Positions 21,430 through 31,988 of a stretch of 64,000 bases of DNA are shown here, one piece after another. Below the pieces are notes generated by a model that worked only from the letters and a program-made list of their open reading frames with translations, was not told the origin of the DNA and did not search any database. This stretch comes from Methanocaldococcus sp. 16A. GTDB lineage: Archaea > AGJL01 > Methanococci > Methanococcales > Methanocaldococcaceae. The DNA lies in the NCBI GenBank assembly GCA_049860595.1, contig CP187551.1, one strand, 5' to 3'. The stretch's first letter is position 1. Every line of letters starts with the position of its first letter. A program made the position numbers and the translations under genes.

Positions 21430-22596
21430 TTATCTAAACTCTTTATAGAAGATGTCTGTTGAAGGATGGACTTCCATAAAGTCGTTATATATATCAATTC
21501 CTCTAATTAGCTGAGTAAAGTATGGAAGAATCTCAGCACAAGGAGTCATAATTATAGCTCCCACAATTTTTCCATTTTCATAGTATATTTTGTTTAATCC
21601 TATTCCACTTAAAACTTTAAAGAAGTTACCTTTCCCTACACAGCTTCTTATTGTCTTATATTCATTTGTTTGCTTGCCTACATAAGAAATAGTTAAAGAT
21701 AATCTAATAGTTTTTGGAATTAGCTCATAATTTGGTTTTATTAAGGGTCTATTGTTTATTTCGTTAATTATGTTTTGAGCAACTACTCTTCCTTCCATTC
21801 TTGAAATTGGAGTGTTTCCTCCTCCATTTATTAAGCAATCTCCACAAGCATAAGTTTTCTTTTTATTTATTACTCTTAAATAATCATCAGTTTCAAAAAT
21901 TCCTTTTCCTCCAATAGCTAAGATTTTTGTATAGTTTTCATTTTTTAAAAGTTTTTCAAGCTCTTCTTTGTCATTAATTATCTTAAAGTTTATAACTTTT
22001 TTCATTAAATAATCTCTAATTTCTTCATCTCTAATATCTTTCAAAATCTTAGACCTTGCATATAAAACAACATTACAGCCAAAGTCGGAAAATATTGAAG
22101 CATACTCTGTTGCTACTGTTCCACCACCAATAATTAAGATATTTTCAGGAAGCTCTCTTAAATTTGGTATATCCTTGTGAGTTAAAACCTCATATCCATT
22201 ATAAGAAGTTGGATAATTTCTTCCAGTAGCATAAACTACATAGTCATAATTTTCTTCATATTTCTCTTTAAATTCTTTGTATTTTATGCTAACTCCTGAA
22301 TTTTTTGTCTCATTCTCTAATTTATTTCTAATCTTATCTTGAATTTTATTTATTCTTTCCTGTAACTCCTTAAATGAAATTATTTCCTCTAAATAAACTT
22401 TTTTTCCTTTTAAAATGCTTAAATTATTTAATATATCTCCCATTTCTCTAAGTCCAGTTATATATGTGCATCCATAATTTAAACACGTCCCCCCTATCTT
22501 ATCCTTTTCAAATAAATCAACATCAAAACCATTTTTTGCTAAAAACATAGCAGATGTTCTCCCAGCAGGTCCTGCTCCGACAACAGCTATTTTCAT
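21430..22596 (-). CDS. Dihydrolipoamide dehydrogenase-like pyridine nucleotide-disulfide oxidoreductase
   Basis: GAGPAG, GGTCLNYGC, C-terminal HPST. Confidence 0.85.
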   Translation of the reverse strand: MKIAVVGAGPAGRTSAMFLAKNGFDVDLFEKDKIGGTCLNYGCTYITGLREMGDILNNLSILKGKKVYLEEIISFKELQERINKIQDKIRNKLENETKNSGVSIKYKEFKEKYEENYDYVVYATGRNYPTSYNGYEVLTHKDIPNLRELPENILIIGGGTVATEYASIFSDFGCNVVLYARSKILKDIRDEEIRDYLMKKVINFKIINDKEELEKLLKNENYTKILAIGGKGIFETDDYLRVINKKKTYACGDCLINGGGNTPISRMEGRVVAQNIINEINNRPLIKPNYELIPKTIRLSLTISYVGKQTNEYKTIRSCVGKGNFFKVLSGIGLNKIYYENGKIVGAIIMTPCAEILPYFTQLIRGIDIYNDFMEVHPSTDIFYKEFR

Positions 22597-22608
22597 TAAT
22601 CCCACCAA

Positions 22609-24468
22609 TTAATAGTAATACCATATAGTTCTATACTCTTCAATATTTTCTCCAATATCCTTTAAGCTATCTAAGTATTCTTTAATTGGCACATCTACAT
22701 AGGTGTAGAGTTTGGTTGGATATATCCCCTTCTCCCATGGATGCATTAAATAAACTCTACTTCCATTTGGTTTTATTGCTATTAACTCTCTATCCTGCCA
22801 ACCTCTTAAATGGTTTTTCCCCATTCTTGGAACGTTGAATATTGGTTCATCAGTTCTAAATGAACCAGGCAGTAATCTTGCTTCTTCTTTAATCTCTTGA
22901 GCCAATCTTGCTATTGGAACTAAATAATCCTTATGCTCCATTTTTCCTTTTGGATAGAATGTATAATATGGAATAATTCCTACCTTCTTTAACGCAATTC
23001 TTAAAGCTACGTTTTCAAATCTTCTGCTAACATATCTATGGAATACGTGCTGATTATATACACAGATATTATTTGTTCTTAATTTTTTAACAGCCTCTTT
23101 AACTTCTGGAGTTATTTCATAACAGCTCTCTACGTGAGTTGATATCATTAAACTCTTTTCAAAGCTTCCTAATAACTCAGCCAATTCATCTGTTATTCTC
23201 ATAGGAGCTGTTACTATTGTTCTTGTTCCAAATCTAACTCCTATAACATGGTTCATCTCAGATATTCTATTCAATATTCTTTCAATTGCTTTATCATTTA
23301 AACTGAAAGGGTCCCCTCCTGTGATAAGAATTTCAATCATTGAATCATGTTCAGCAAACCAATCTAATGCTTTCTCAACATTCTCCCAACCTTTAAATGC
23401 CTTAGCATCAAAATCTTGAACCATCCAATTTCTTTGACAATAAACACAAATCTGTGGGCAGGATTCATAAGGTTTTATTATTGCTATTGTAACATATCTC
23501 CTTGTTATTAAATCATGTGGTGAAGTGTCATGCTCTCCCATAAAATCAAAGGCAATGTTTCTATCTTCTTTGTGTTCAATCATCTTTTCAACATACCACT
23601 CTGGTGGAATAACCTGCCTTCTAACAGCTAAATCTTCAACGTAAGGATTTTCGAAGTCAAATAAATGTAAATAGTATGGTGTTATTCCAAATGGTATGCC
23701 ATTTTTCACAGCTTTTTCAATAATTTCTAAATCCTCATCAGATATCTTAAAGTTTGTTTCCTCTCTAAGTTCTCTTAATATTTCAACTCCTTTTAAACCT
23801 CTTAATACATTTTTAAATTGCCATTTGTAATTAAACCACTCTTCATCAGTTATTCCAAAGAATTCTTCTAAAACCTCTTTATTCTTTTTTCTCTTTAATA
23901 TAATTCTTTTATCTAATCCACTTGGATATCTGCTGACATATTCTCTCATGATTTCATAAACCTTATCTAAAAAATTAGACCTTGCTATCCCAGCTTCTCT
24001 ACCTTTTATTTCACTAAAATCAATAAATTTAACTCCTTCTTCCAATAATCTCTCTCCTAAGAATCCTAATGAATAATTAGCTTTTCCAGACATTGCTAAG
24101 AATAAATGTTTAAATTCTTCAACAAACCCCTCCCTAATTTCTTTTAAAGCATCTTCATCTCCTTTATATGCTTTCCATAAATATTCTAATGTGCTGAAAC
24201 CTGCTAATCTCTCATTATCTTTTGATATTATGTTTAAAAATATCTCAATTGCCTTTAAAGCCAACCATCTATCAACTTCATTATCAAATCTCTTTTTCAT
24301 TCTGATTTCCCACTCTAATTCTTTACAAAATTCAAATAACTTTTCTCTTGCTTCTTCTACACTCTCACTTTCCTCTAAAATCTCTCCAATCTCTGGGATT
24401 ATATTAAAAATGTCTAAAAATGTTTCGTGATTGAGTGTTTCATATTCAGCCATAGATTTTGTTGCCAT
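22609..24468 (-). CDS. KamA family radical SAM amino-acid 2,3-aminomutase with long N-terminal extension
   Basis: ITPYY, RRQVIP, CPQICVYC, TGGDP. Confidence 0.88.
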   Translation of the reverse strand: MATKSMAEYETLNHETFLDIFNIIPEIGEILEESESVEEAREKLFEFCKELEWEIRMKKRFDNEVDRWLALKAIEIFLNIISKDNERLAGFSTLEYLWKAYKGDEDALKEIREGFVEEFKHLFLAMSGKANYSLGFLGERLLEEGVKFIDFSEIKGREAGIARSNFLDKVYEIMREYVSRYPSGLDKRIILKRKKNKEVLEEFFGITDEEWFNYKWQFKNVLRGLKGVEILRELREETNFKISDEDLEIIEKAVKNGIPFGITPYYLHLFDFENPYVEDLAVRRQVIPPEWYVEKMIEHKEDRNIAFDFMGEHDTSPHDLITRRYVTIAIIKPYESCPQICVYCQRNWMVQDFDAKAFKGWENVEKALDWFAEHDSMIEILITGGDPFSLNDKAIERILNRISEMNHVIGVRFGTRTIVTAPMRITDELAELLGSFEKSLMISTHVESCYEITPEVKEAVKKLRTNNICVYNQHVFHRYVSRRFENVALRIALKKVGIIPYYTFYPKGKMEHKDYLVPIARLAQEIKEEARLLPGSFRTDEPIFNVPRMGKNHLRGWQDRELIAIKPNGSRVYLMHPWEKGIYPTKLYTYVDVPIKEYLDSLKDIGENIEEYRTIWYYY

Positions 24469-24627
24469 ATTTTCACCTCTTATAGTATTTCATTTAAATA
24501 CTTAGATATTATGTTATAACCCTTAAGCGTTTTTATAAAAGGACTTTCGCATTATTCATATTGTTGATAAGCAAAGTTCTCGAAAATTGTCCAAATCTTT
24601 TAAACCTAAAAATAGAACATTACCTTT

Positions 24628-24723
24628 AATAGGACTTTCGCAGGAATAAATTTTTTATTGAATATAGACACCTATAAGGAGTCAGAATACCAAATTTAAT
24701 ATATAAACTGCGAAAGTCTTATT
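24628..24723 (-). repeat. Family A repeat
   Basis: AATAGGACTTTCGCAG...CTGCGAAAGTCTTATT. Confidence 0.9.
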
Positions 24724-24956
24724 TAACTAAAAATTTGGACTTTTCAAAAATTAGCACATACTCTCATACTAACAATGTTGTTAATCATATAAAAAATTTT
24801 TTATTATTTGAGATTGTTAATAAAACTATTTCTTATGTTTATATTGCATTAGAAAAAGATTTTATGAGAAATTATGATTAAAAAAAGAAATGAAATATTT
24901 TGAAGGTGAACGACGACCGAATATTTATTTTTAATAGAAAGAATAAAATTTTATCC

Positions 24957-25050
24957 AATAGGACTTTCGCAGGAATAAATTTTTTATTGAATATAGACAC
25001 CTATAAGGAATCAGAATACCAAATTTAATATATAAACTACAAAGTTTTAT
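24957..25050 (-). repeat. Family A repeat, near-identical to the copy at 24628
   Basis: One mismatch over the first ~82 nt; right TIR eroded and overlapping the leuS stop. Confidence 0.9.
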
Positions 25051-27872
25051 TCAAGATATATTGCTGGTTTAAATGGAATAGCCACTCTCTTTTTATTAGC
25101 TTTATCTTCACCATTAATTATAATTTCCTCAACTCCAAACTCTCTCTTTAAGAATTCTTTGGCATTTTCTAAAACTTCAACCTCATTGATAATTTCTGCA
25201 TTGAGTTTTATTAATTGATTAACTAATTTTGGAATCTCTTTACCATACTTTCTAAACTCTGGATTTCTCATAATAATTGGCATCAATTCTTTTACTGTTT
25301 TTCCTTCATTTTCTTTAATAATCTTCAATATCTCATACTTCCAATCGTCAGCTGTATATAGGTAGATTCTCTTTGGCTGAACCTTAGCAACATTTATAAT
25401 CTCTTTAATATCCTCCATAACTGATTTTAAATACTCCTCTCCTTTCTCAATTTTATCATCTATATACTCTTCCTTGACTTCTGGGAATTTAGCTAATGAA
25501 ACAAATCCTTCTTTTCCTAAAATCTCCCACATCTCTTCACATAAATGTGGAGTGAAAGGAGACATCAATTTTATTATAACTTCTAAGAACTCCTCTAAAA
25601 CTCTTATATTATTTCCTCCTCTTCTTCTATACCATTTTAAGTCATCCAACAACTGATAGAGTAAAATACCAGCTTTTCTTAGCTCAAAGTTTTCCATATA
25701 TTCATCATACTGCTTAACAGCTCTATACAATCTACTCAACAACCATTTATCTATATAGCTAATTTCAATGCCTTTTTCATCTTTTCTTTCAGCAACTTCC
25801 TTTGCAAATAAATACAGTTTTTCTAAAACCTTTTTTGTATTTTCCAATTCTTTAAACTTAATATCAGCATCTTGCGGCAATTCAGCACAGGTTGTTATAT
25901 AGAATCTTCCAACATCAGCTCCAAATTTCTCAGCAACTTCTAAGACAGGCAATACAGGACCTTTTGACTTAGATAACTTTTTCCCCTCAATTGTGACATA
26001 ACCATTAACTACAATACCTCTTGGCCAGAACTCTTCTGGGAATATTGCTACGTGGTTGAAGATATAGAACGTTAAATGGTTTGGAATCAAATCTTTAGCT
26101 GAACATCTCCAATCAACTGGATAGTAGTAGATAAATTCTTTTCTCATACCTTCAATAATATCCTTTGAAATGCCAGTATCTTCAGCAATTTTATCCGCAT
26201 CTCCTTTGCCTAAAAAGATATAATCAAATAACTCTAAAGTTAATTGTTCTGGCTTTATGTTATATTGGTTGATATACTTTGCAATTGTGTAATATGCAGG
26301 ATAAATTGTTGAATCTGATAGAGATTCAATAACCCATCCCTCTTCAAATGGGAACTTTGTACCTAAACCTCTTCTTCTAACACATGCTTTATCCTTCATC
26401 CAATCAATTTTTTCATGGAACACTTGTCTTAAATTCTCAGGAATGAATTTCATCTTATCTACACATTTATGAGCCAATTCTTTCCATTTTTCATCAGAAT
26501 ATTTGATAAACCACTGTCCTTTAACCATTTTAACTATACATGGAGTTCCACATCTACAAATAACCTTTTCTTCACTAAATTCATACATAACCTCAGCAAA
26601 TCCTTTGTCTATTAAATCCTTTGTTAATTTGTCTTTAATCTCCCTAACAGGAATTCCCTCATACTCTAAACAGTTTTCATTTAAAATTCCTTTGTGGAAC
26701 TCATCCTTGTAGATTTTTTTAGTAGCCTCCTCTAATTTATCCTCTTCTTCTTGATTTTTAATGCCCATTTTTTCAACAATCTCCTTTGCAGGATATTTTC
26801 CATAACCAGGAACTTTAATTAATGGAATTAATCCAATTTCATCAACTAAACCTAAATCTCTTAATGCTATATAATCATAAGGTGCATGTGCTGGAACTGA
26901 CATAACGCAACCAGTTCCAATATTTGTTTTTACAAACTTAGCTGGCAATATTGGGACCTCTTTTCCTGTTACTGGGTTTTTTACCTTTTTGTTTATAAGT
27001 TGTTCTCCTTTAAATTCTTCAATAATCTCTATCTTTCTATCTTGGTGTTTTAATTTCTCAGCACATTCCTTTGCCATTATCCATATACCATTATCAATTA
27101 ATTCAATTCCTTCCTCATTTTCTTTCTCTAAGTAAACTTTTGCCTTAACATAAGTTGCTTCAGGATTAACCCAAACGTTTGTTACTCCAAAGACAGTTTC
27201 AGGTCTTAAAGTAGCCATTGGCATTATACAGCCATCTTCTGTTGTGAATTTTATTAAGATATATTCAACTAAAGTAGCATTTTCTCCTTCTAATAAGTCA
27301 TGGTCTTCTACAGGGTTGTCACATCTTGGACAGTATCTAACAGGATGAGAACCTTTAATAATCAATCCTTTCTCTTTCAATTTGTGGAATTGCCATTCTA
27401 TAAATTTATTGAAAACTTTATCATCCGTCTTAAAGTTTCTTCTCCAATCTAAGCTAAATCCCATTCTTTTAAATGCCTCTTCAGCTTTTTTTGAGAAATA
27501 TTCAACAATTTTTTCTGGTGTTGTTAGCTCTAAAAGCTCTTCTTTTGGAATGCCATGCAATTCAGTATATGCCCATATTGTTTTCTCGTCTCTATTTTTT
27601 ATCAACTCAGCTAAACCTAAGATTGGTGTTCCTGTAACATGATAACCAAAAGTCCATAAAACATTCTTATTTTTCATTCTTTGGAATCTTGCAACAACCT
27701 CTGGAATAGTGAAAGTCCTAAGATGCCCAGCATGTAAGACCCCATTTAAATATGGAAACGCCGCAGTTATAAAGAATTTCTCTCTATCATCTGGATTTGC
27801 TTCAAATATCTTTGCCTCCTCCCATCTTTTTTGCCATTTTTTTTCTATCTCTTTAAAGTTAATCATAACCAT
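25047..27872 (-). CDS. leuS: Leucine--tRNA ligase (archaeal type)
   Basis: FPYLNGVLHAGH, ATLRPET, SVPAHAPYD, KLSKSKG. Confidence 0.97.
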   Translation of the reverse strand: MVMINFKEIEKKWQKRWEEAKIFEANPDDREKFFITAAFPYLNGVLHAGHLRTFTIPEVVARFQRMKNKNVLWTFGYHVTGTPILGLAELIKNRDEKTIWAYTELHGIPKEELLELTTPEKIVEYFSKKAEEAFKRMGFSLDWRRNFKTDDKVFNKFIEWQFHKLKEKGLIIKGSHPVRYCPRCDNPVEDHDLLEGENATLVEYILIKFTTEDGCIMPMATLRPETVFGVTNVWVNPEATYVKAKVYLEKENEEGIELIDNGIWIMAKECAEKLKHQDRKIEIIEEFKGEQLINKKVKNPVTGKEVPILPAKFVKTNIGTGCVMSVPAHAPYDYIALRDLGLVDEIGLIPLIKVPGYGKYPAKEIVEKMGIKNQEEEDKLEEATKKIYKDEFHKGILNENCLEYEGIPVREIKDKLTKDLIDKGFAEVMYEFSEEKVICRCGTPCIVKMVKGQWFIKYSDEKWKELAHKCVDKMKFIPENLRQVFHEKIDWMKDKACVRRRGLGTKFPFEEGWVIESLSDSTIYPAYYTIAKYINQYNIKPEQLTLELFDYIFLGKGDADKIAEDTGISKDIIEGMRKEFIYYYPVDWRCSAKDLIPNHLTFYIFNHVAIFPEEFWPRGIVVNGYVTIEGKKLSKSKGPVLPVLEVAEKFGADVGRFYITTCAELPQDADIKFKELENTKKVLEKLYLFAKEVAERKDEKGIEISYIDKWLLSRLYRAVKQYDEYMENFELRKAGILLYQLLDDLKWYRRRGGNNIRVLEEFLEVIIKLMSPFTPHLCEEMWEILGKEGFVSLAKFPEVKEEYIDDKIEKGEEYLKSVMEDIKEIINVAKVQPKRIYLYTADDWKYEILKIIKENEGKTVKELMPIIMRNPEFRKYGKEIPKLVNQLIKLNAEIINEVEVLENAKEFLKREFGVEEIIINGEDKANKKRVAIPFKPAIYLE

Positions 27873-27906
27873 CACATCCTTATTTTATTTGTTTTGTTTT
27901 AGTTAT

Positions 27907-28422
27907 TTATTCTGTTAATTTTAGCTCTTTTATAATCTCAATAATTATGTGTGACAATTTATTTCCAGCTAATTTAACCTCTTCAGATATTGGGCAGAAA
28001 TCTATTATTTTTGGCTGAATTCCTAAAATGATTATCTCTGTATTTATAAATTTTTTTAAATATTTGACTATTATAGATAATGGCAATGTATGAGTTGAGA
28101 AACTGTAATTTATTATTTCATCCTCTTTTATAATCTTAACTTCTCCAACATCTTTATCCATCAACGCACAATCAATTATTAAAATGTGGGTAGGATTTAT
28201 TTCTTTTAGAACATCAGTAAAAAAGTCAGGAACAGTTCCAGCATTTATTAAATAGAGATTTTTGATATTTACCAACTCTCTCTCTTTATCTATTTTAAAG
28301 TATTCCATTAATTTTTTGATTACATATATCCCAACAGCATCATCTCCTTTTAACTCATTTCCAATACCCATAATAACCAATTTTTTACAGCCTTTTAATT
28401 TATCCAATAGTATTTCTTTCAT
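27907..28422 (-). CDS. hycI: Hydrogenase maturation endopeptidase, HycI-like
   Basis: GIGNELKGDDAVG, STH, GIQP. Confidence 0.88.
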   Translation of the reverse strand: MKEILLDKLKGCKKLVIMGIGNELKGDDAVGIYVIKKLMEYFKIDKERELVNIKNLYLINAGTVPDFFTDVLKEINPTHILIIDCALMDKDVGEVKIIKEDEIINYSFSTHTLPLSIIVKYLKKFINTEIIILGIQPKIIDFCPISEEVKLAGNKLSHIIIEIIKELKLTE

Positions 28423-28432
28423 TGTTATCATC

Positions 28433-29329
28433 CTATTTCTGCGAAATTCCTATTATAAAACCAACTATTAAAGCAATTATAGGGGATATCATCCACCAAA
28501 AAATTATGTTTTTTAAAACATTCCATCTTACAGTTTTTATCCCCTTAGTTAAACCTACCCCTAAAATTCCCCCAACTATTGCTTGGGTTGTTGAAACTGG
28601 CATTCCTAAGGCGGTAAATATTGTAACCGCCAAACCCCCAGAGAGCTGAGCTATAAATGCAGAGGTTACACTTAAATTTGTTATCATAGATAATGTCTCT
28701 GAAACTCTGTTTCCATATAAGTAAGCTCCTAAGCATAAAAAAATAGCTCCAATAATATAAATTATTTGAGATGTAGTAAATGTCCCTAAAACAGTAGGTA
28801 AGTCATTACTTCCCAGATTAAATGCAACAACTCCAGCACTTATTAATAAGAGATATTTAATCATAGTTATCTTTTTGAGTATTGGAATTTCTATCTTTTC
28901 ATAAGCTAAATACAACACATATGCAATTATAACTGCCATGATTGGGGATAGTATCCAACTTAGTAATATTTCACCAAATACAATCAAATTTGATGAACTA
29001 AAACTTAATCCAATCAGAGAGCAGATAATAACTGTATGTAGTGATATTGGCACTTTTTTGTATGTTGAGAGAGTCATAACTAACGCTGAAATTATTAGAG
29101 CCATTAAAGCATCAGAAGATATACTATTTACAGTATTTCCAACATTTTTGGCAAATAATGAACCAATTATAACACAAACACTAAATAAAATTAATAAATT
29201 CCTATATGTTGTAGCTCTTGAAGCATAAGCAGTGCCAATAGCATTGGCAACATTATTAGCCCCAAGAATAAACAACAAATAAAAACTTATAATTAACTTT
29301 AAATCTATGGAAATCTCTATAGCAATCAC
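28433..29329 (-). CDS. PiT family inorganic phosphate transporter
   Basis: GANNVANAIG, GSND, PVSTTQ. Confidence 0.9.
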   Translation of the reverse strand: MIAIEISIDLKLIISFYLLFILGANNVANAIGTAYASRATTYRNLLILFSVCVIIGSLFAKNVGNTVNSISSDALMALIISALVMTLSTYKKVPISLHTVIICSLIGLSFSSSNLIVFGEILLSWILSPIMAVIIAYVLYLAYEKIEIPILKKITMIKYLLLISAGVVAFNLGSNDLPTVLGTFTTSQIIYIIGAIFLCLGAYLYGNRVSETLSMITNLSVTSAFIAQLSGGLAVTIFTALGMPVSTTQAIVGGILGVGLTKGIKTVRWNVLKNIIFWWMISPIIALIVGFIIGISQK

Positions 29330-29344
29330 CTATTATAATAGAAC

Positions 29345-29989
29345 TTATTTTATGTGTAAATAAAGAATATGTAATTCATCAGCTACATCCTCTATGTAGT
29401 CGCTGATATTTACAATGTAGTCAATAAAGTCGCACAAGATTTTTCCTTCCCAAAATGATACAACTTCCAAATTAATTAAATACTTATAAATCTTATTTTG
29501 ATAGATATCATCAATAAATTTTTCTTTATCTTTAATCTCTTTAATAAGAGGGTCTAAATCCCCACCTTTTTCAATAACATCTAAAACTCTCTCCAAATAT
29601 TTAAACATATCCACAGTAATCATTAAAACCAAATCAATTTCATCTTTTAAATACTCATCAAGCTCTTCCTTTAATAACTCATACAACATTGCAGCATGCT
29701 TTAAGCTGTCTAATGTTTCATCTAAAAGCTCTGCAGAACTTGACAACTCTCTCCTCATATTTGGCAAAAAAGCTTTTTCTAAGTTTATCCTTATATTTTT
29801 TGTAGTTTCATCCCCCTCTTCCTCTATTTTTATAATCTTTTTCAATATTTTTTCATCTTTGGAGTTCATATACTTTTTCAATAACTCAATACTTTTTAGA
29901 GACATGCGAATTAGCAACCTAAGGTTTTCTAAAACTATTTTCTCATTATTTCTTTCAAATAAAAAAATAGACATAGTAATCACATCCAT
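29345..29989 (-). CDS. DUF47/PhoU-like phosphate transport regulator
   Basis: EEEGD, AFLP, ISDYIED; adjacent to the PiT gene. Confidence 0.85.
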   Translation of the reverse strand: MDVITMSIFLFERNNEKIVLENLRLLIRMSLKSIELLKKYMNSKDEKILKKIIKIEEEGDETTKNIRINLEKAFLPNMRRELSSSAELLDETLDSLKHAAMLYELLKEELDEYLKDEIDLVLMITVDMFKYLERVLDVIEKGGDLDPLIKEIKDKEKFIDDIYQNKIYKYLINLEVVSFWEGKILCDFIDYIVNISDYIEDVADELHILYLHIK

Positions 29990-30045
29990 TTTATAAAAGT
30001 TTTTTATTAAAAAACTTTTATAATTTATTATTTATTTTATAAAAT

Positions 30046-30657
30046 TTATTTTACTGATTTAGTAGCTATTTTTATTCCATCTTTATCAATAATAGCAACA
30101 GCACATGCAACAGGATGCTCAAATTCCTCATAATTTAATATATAATCAACTATTTCTTCAGCAGTTTCTCCTTCAATATCTATAATTTGGTTTTCATCTA
30201 TTTTACAAGCATTATAAACTCCTAAATAATAACCTTTCCCTTCTTTTAACTCAACCTTTTTAACTCTAATATCATCATGAGCAACATAACCCATATAACA
30301 TTCATTTTCATCTAAAACAGCTGCAATCCTTGGGGTTTTATAATCATCTTTCTCATAGTCCATAACTGATAGCACATAAATTAACGCATCTCTTTTCCCA
30401 AAGTGTAATTTTTCAGCTATGAAATCAGTATGTGAGCCGTTAGATGCAACAACAACATTATCAACAATTTTTATACAATTGTAGGTTATATAAGGGTTTT
30501 TAAAGATTTCGTTTAGGTCTTTTGGAATTATAGCTACTGTATTGTCATTTATTTTTCTTGCTTCTCTATTTGGAAAGCTTCTACTTGAAACTCTATATGC
30601 AACAAATGACTTTCCGTCTTTTGTTTTCCCTGCAACTAAAAATCTTCCAATATACAT
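30046..30657 (-). CDS. purO: Archaeal IMP cyclohydrolase
   Basis: [34 protein letters not shown]. Confidence 0.95.
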   Translation of the reverse strand: MYIGRFLVAGKTKDGKSFVAYRVSSRSFPNREARKINDNTVAIIPKDLNEIFKNPYITYNCIKIVDNVVVASNGSHTDFIAEKLHFGKRDALIYVLSVMDYEKDDYKTPRIAAVLDENECYMGYVAHDDIRVKKVELKEGKGYYLGVYNACKIDENQIIDIEGETAEEIVDYILNYEEFEHPVACAVAIIDKDGIKIATKSVK

Positions 30658-30682
30658 TTGAATCCCTCCTTTTTCTTTAATT

Positions 30683-30844
30683 TTATTCTAGTTTAATTGC
30701 ATTAATCGGGCAATATCTTGCACAAATTCCACAGTTTGAGCATTTGTTCTTATTTATTATAGCAACTCCATAGGTTTTTATTGCCTTTTTTGGGCAGAAT
30801 ACAACACAATTTCCACATCCAACACATTTCTCCAAGATTTTCAT
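30683..30844 (-). CDS. 2x[4Fe-4S] ferredoxin (53 aa; not in ORF track)
   Basis: Hand translation [22 protein letters not shown]...[20 protein letters not shown] with two CxxCxxCxxxCP motifs. Confidence 0.92.
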   Translation of the reverse strand: MKILEKCVGCGNCVVFCPKKAIKTYGVAIINKNKCSNCGICARYCPINAIKLE

Positions 30845-30874
30845 ATTCTCACTAAAAAACGTATTTAATATATT

Positions 30875-31351
30875 TTAGTCTATTGGAATTAACTTAGCCT
30901 CTAACTTGTCTTCAATATTTAGCTTCATAATTGATTTTAGAGGGCATCTTGGGACTGTTGGCGAACCAGGATTTAACAATATAATATCTCCACAATCATC
31001 TATAAATGGTGTGTGGGTATGTCCAGATATCAAAATATCAACACCCATCTCCTTACCTAACAGCTTTAATTTTAATCTATCTCCTCTTGGATAAACAACA
31101 TCTCCATGAATCACTCCTATTTTTATACCATTTATATCTAAAATTTCTTTTTTTGGTAAATCAAGATAGTCCATATTTCCCTTAACAGCTACAACCTTTG
31201 CTAAATCTTTTAATATATTTAAAATCTCTTCATCAGTCACATCTCCACAGTGAATAATTAAATCCACATTAGAAAATTCATCAAAAATAGTTTTTGGCAA
31301 TTCAAAAGCTCTATCATAGAGATGAGTATCAGAGATAACACCAATAAGCAT
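30875..31351 (-). CDS. YfcE/MJ0936-type metallophosphoesterase
   Basis: SDTH, HCGD, GNMD, GHTH, NPGS. Confidence 0.92.
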   Translation of the reverse strand: MLIGVISDTHLYDRAFELPKTIFDEFSNVDLIIHCGDVTDEEILNILKDLAKVVAVKGNMDYLDLPKKEILDINGIKIGVIHGDVVYPRGDRLKLKLLGKEMGVDILISGHTHTPFIDDCGDIILLNPGSPTVPRCPLKSIMKLNIEDKLEAKLIPID

Positions 31352-31415
31352 AATCTCCCCTCATGAGATTGGGATAAACTTAATGAAATAAAATAAAAAA
31401 AAGAACTCAAAAAAT

Positions 31416-31743
31416 GGTGGTGTGCATGGCTTCCTTGGGGTGGGCATGCCCCCCAACTCTCTCTCACCCCCAGACTCCTTCTCAGCCCCGCTTACCCCGT
31501 GAGCGCCGACGTCCTGCCTACCGTTGCTCCCTTCCGGGCCTGGCGGGGTTCGGCAGGTAAAGGGGGTTACATCTCCCCTACAGGAGATGCTCCCCCACCG
31601 CCGAGCCCCACGGGACGAGGCATCATCGAGGAGTCTGGGAAGAGAGAGCTGGAGAACATGCCGCCCCCAAGTTTTCGGCCCCCGCATAAGGGCGATTTCG
31701 GGTTACAGGGGACGCCCAACCCCCCGGCCTAGCCATGCACACC
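31416..31743 (-). ncRNA. ffs: Archaeal SRP (7S) RNA
   Basis: GC-rich island; helix 8 GCCAGGCCCGGAAGGGAGCAA on minus; Alu UGUAA motif; complementary ends; TATA at 31767-31776. Confidence 0.96.
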
Positions 31744-31988
31744 AATTGATAATATAACTACAACTCTTTATATATAGTTTGTGGTAGTGCGTTAGAAGCT
31801 CATTACTTTAATTTTTAAGGTTAAATATATATAATTGAAAAATATAGAGTAAATTTGTTATAGTTATTTCCACGAAGCCATCTAATAGTATTGGCTTATT
31901 CTTAACTTTTAGTTTGTAAGGTTATTATGTGTAATTTATAAGTGAAAATAGGAAAATAAGCTTATAAATCAATATAAGGATGATAATT

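Noticed and set aside
31258-31757. Four ORFs of 69-108 aa over the GC-rich island
   Set aside because: They are artefacts of the GC-rich SRP RNA gene, with Pro/Arg/Gly-rich composition unlike host proteins
31875-31898. AAGCCA...TGGCTT inverted repeat between SRP RNA and ftsZ
   Set aside because: A 6-bp arm with no second instance is too weak to call
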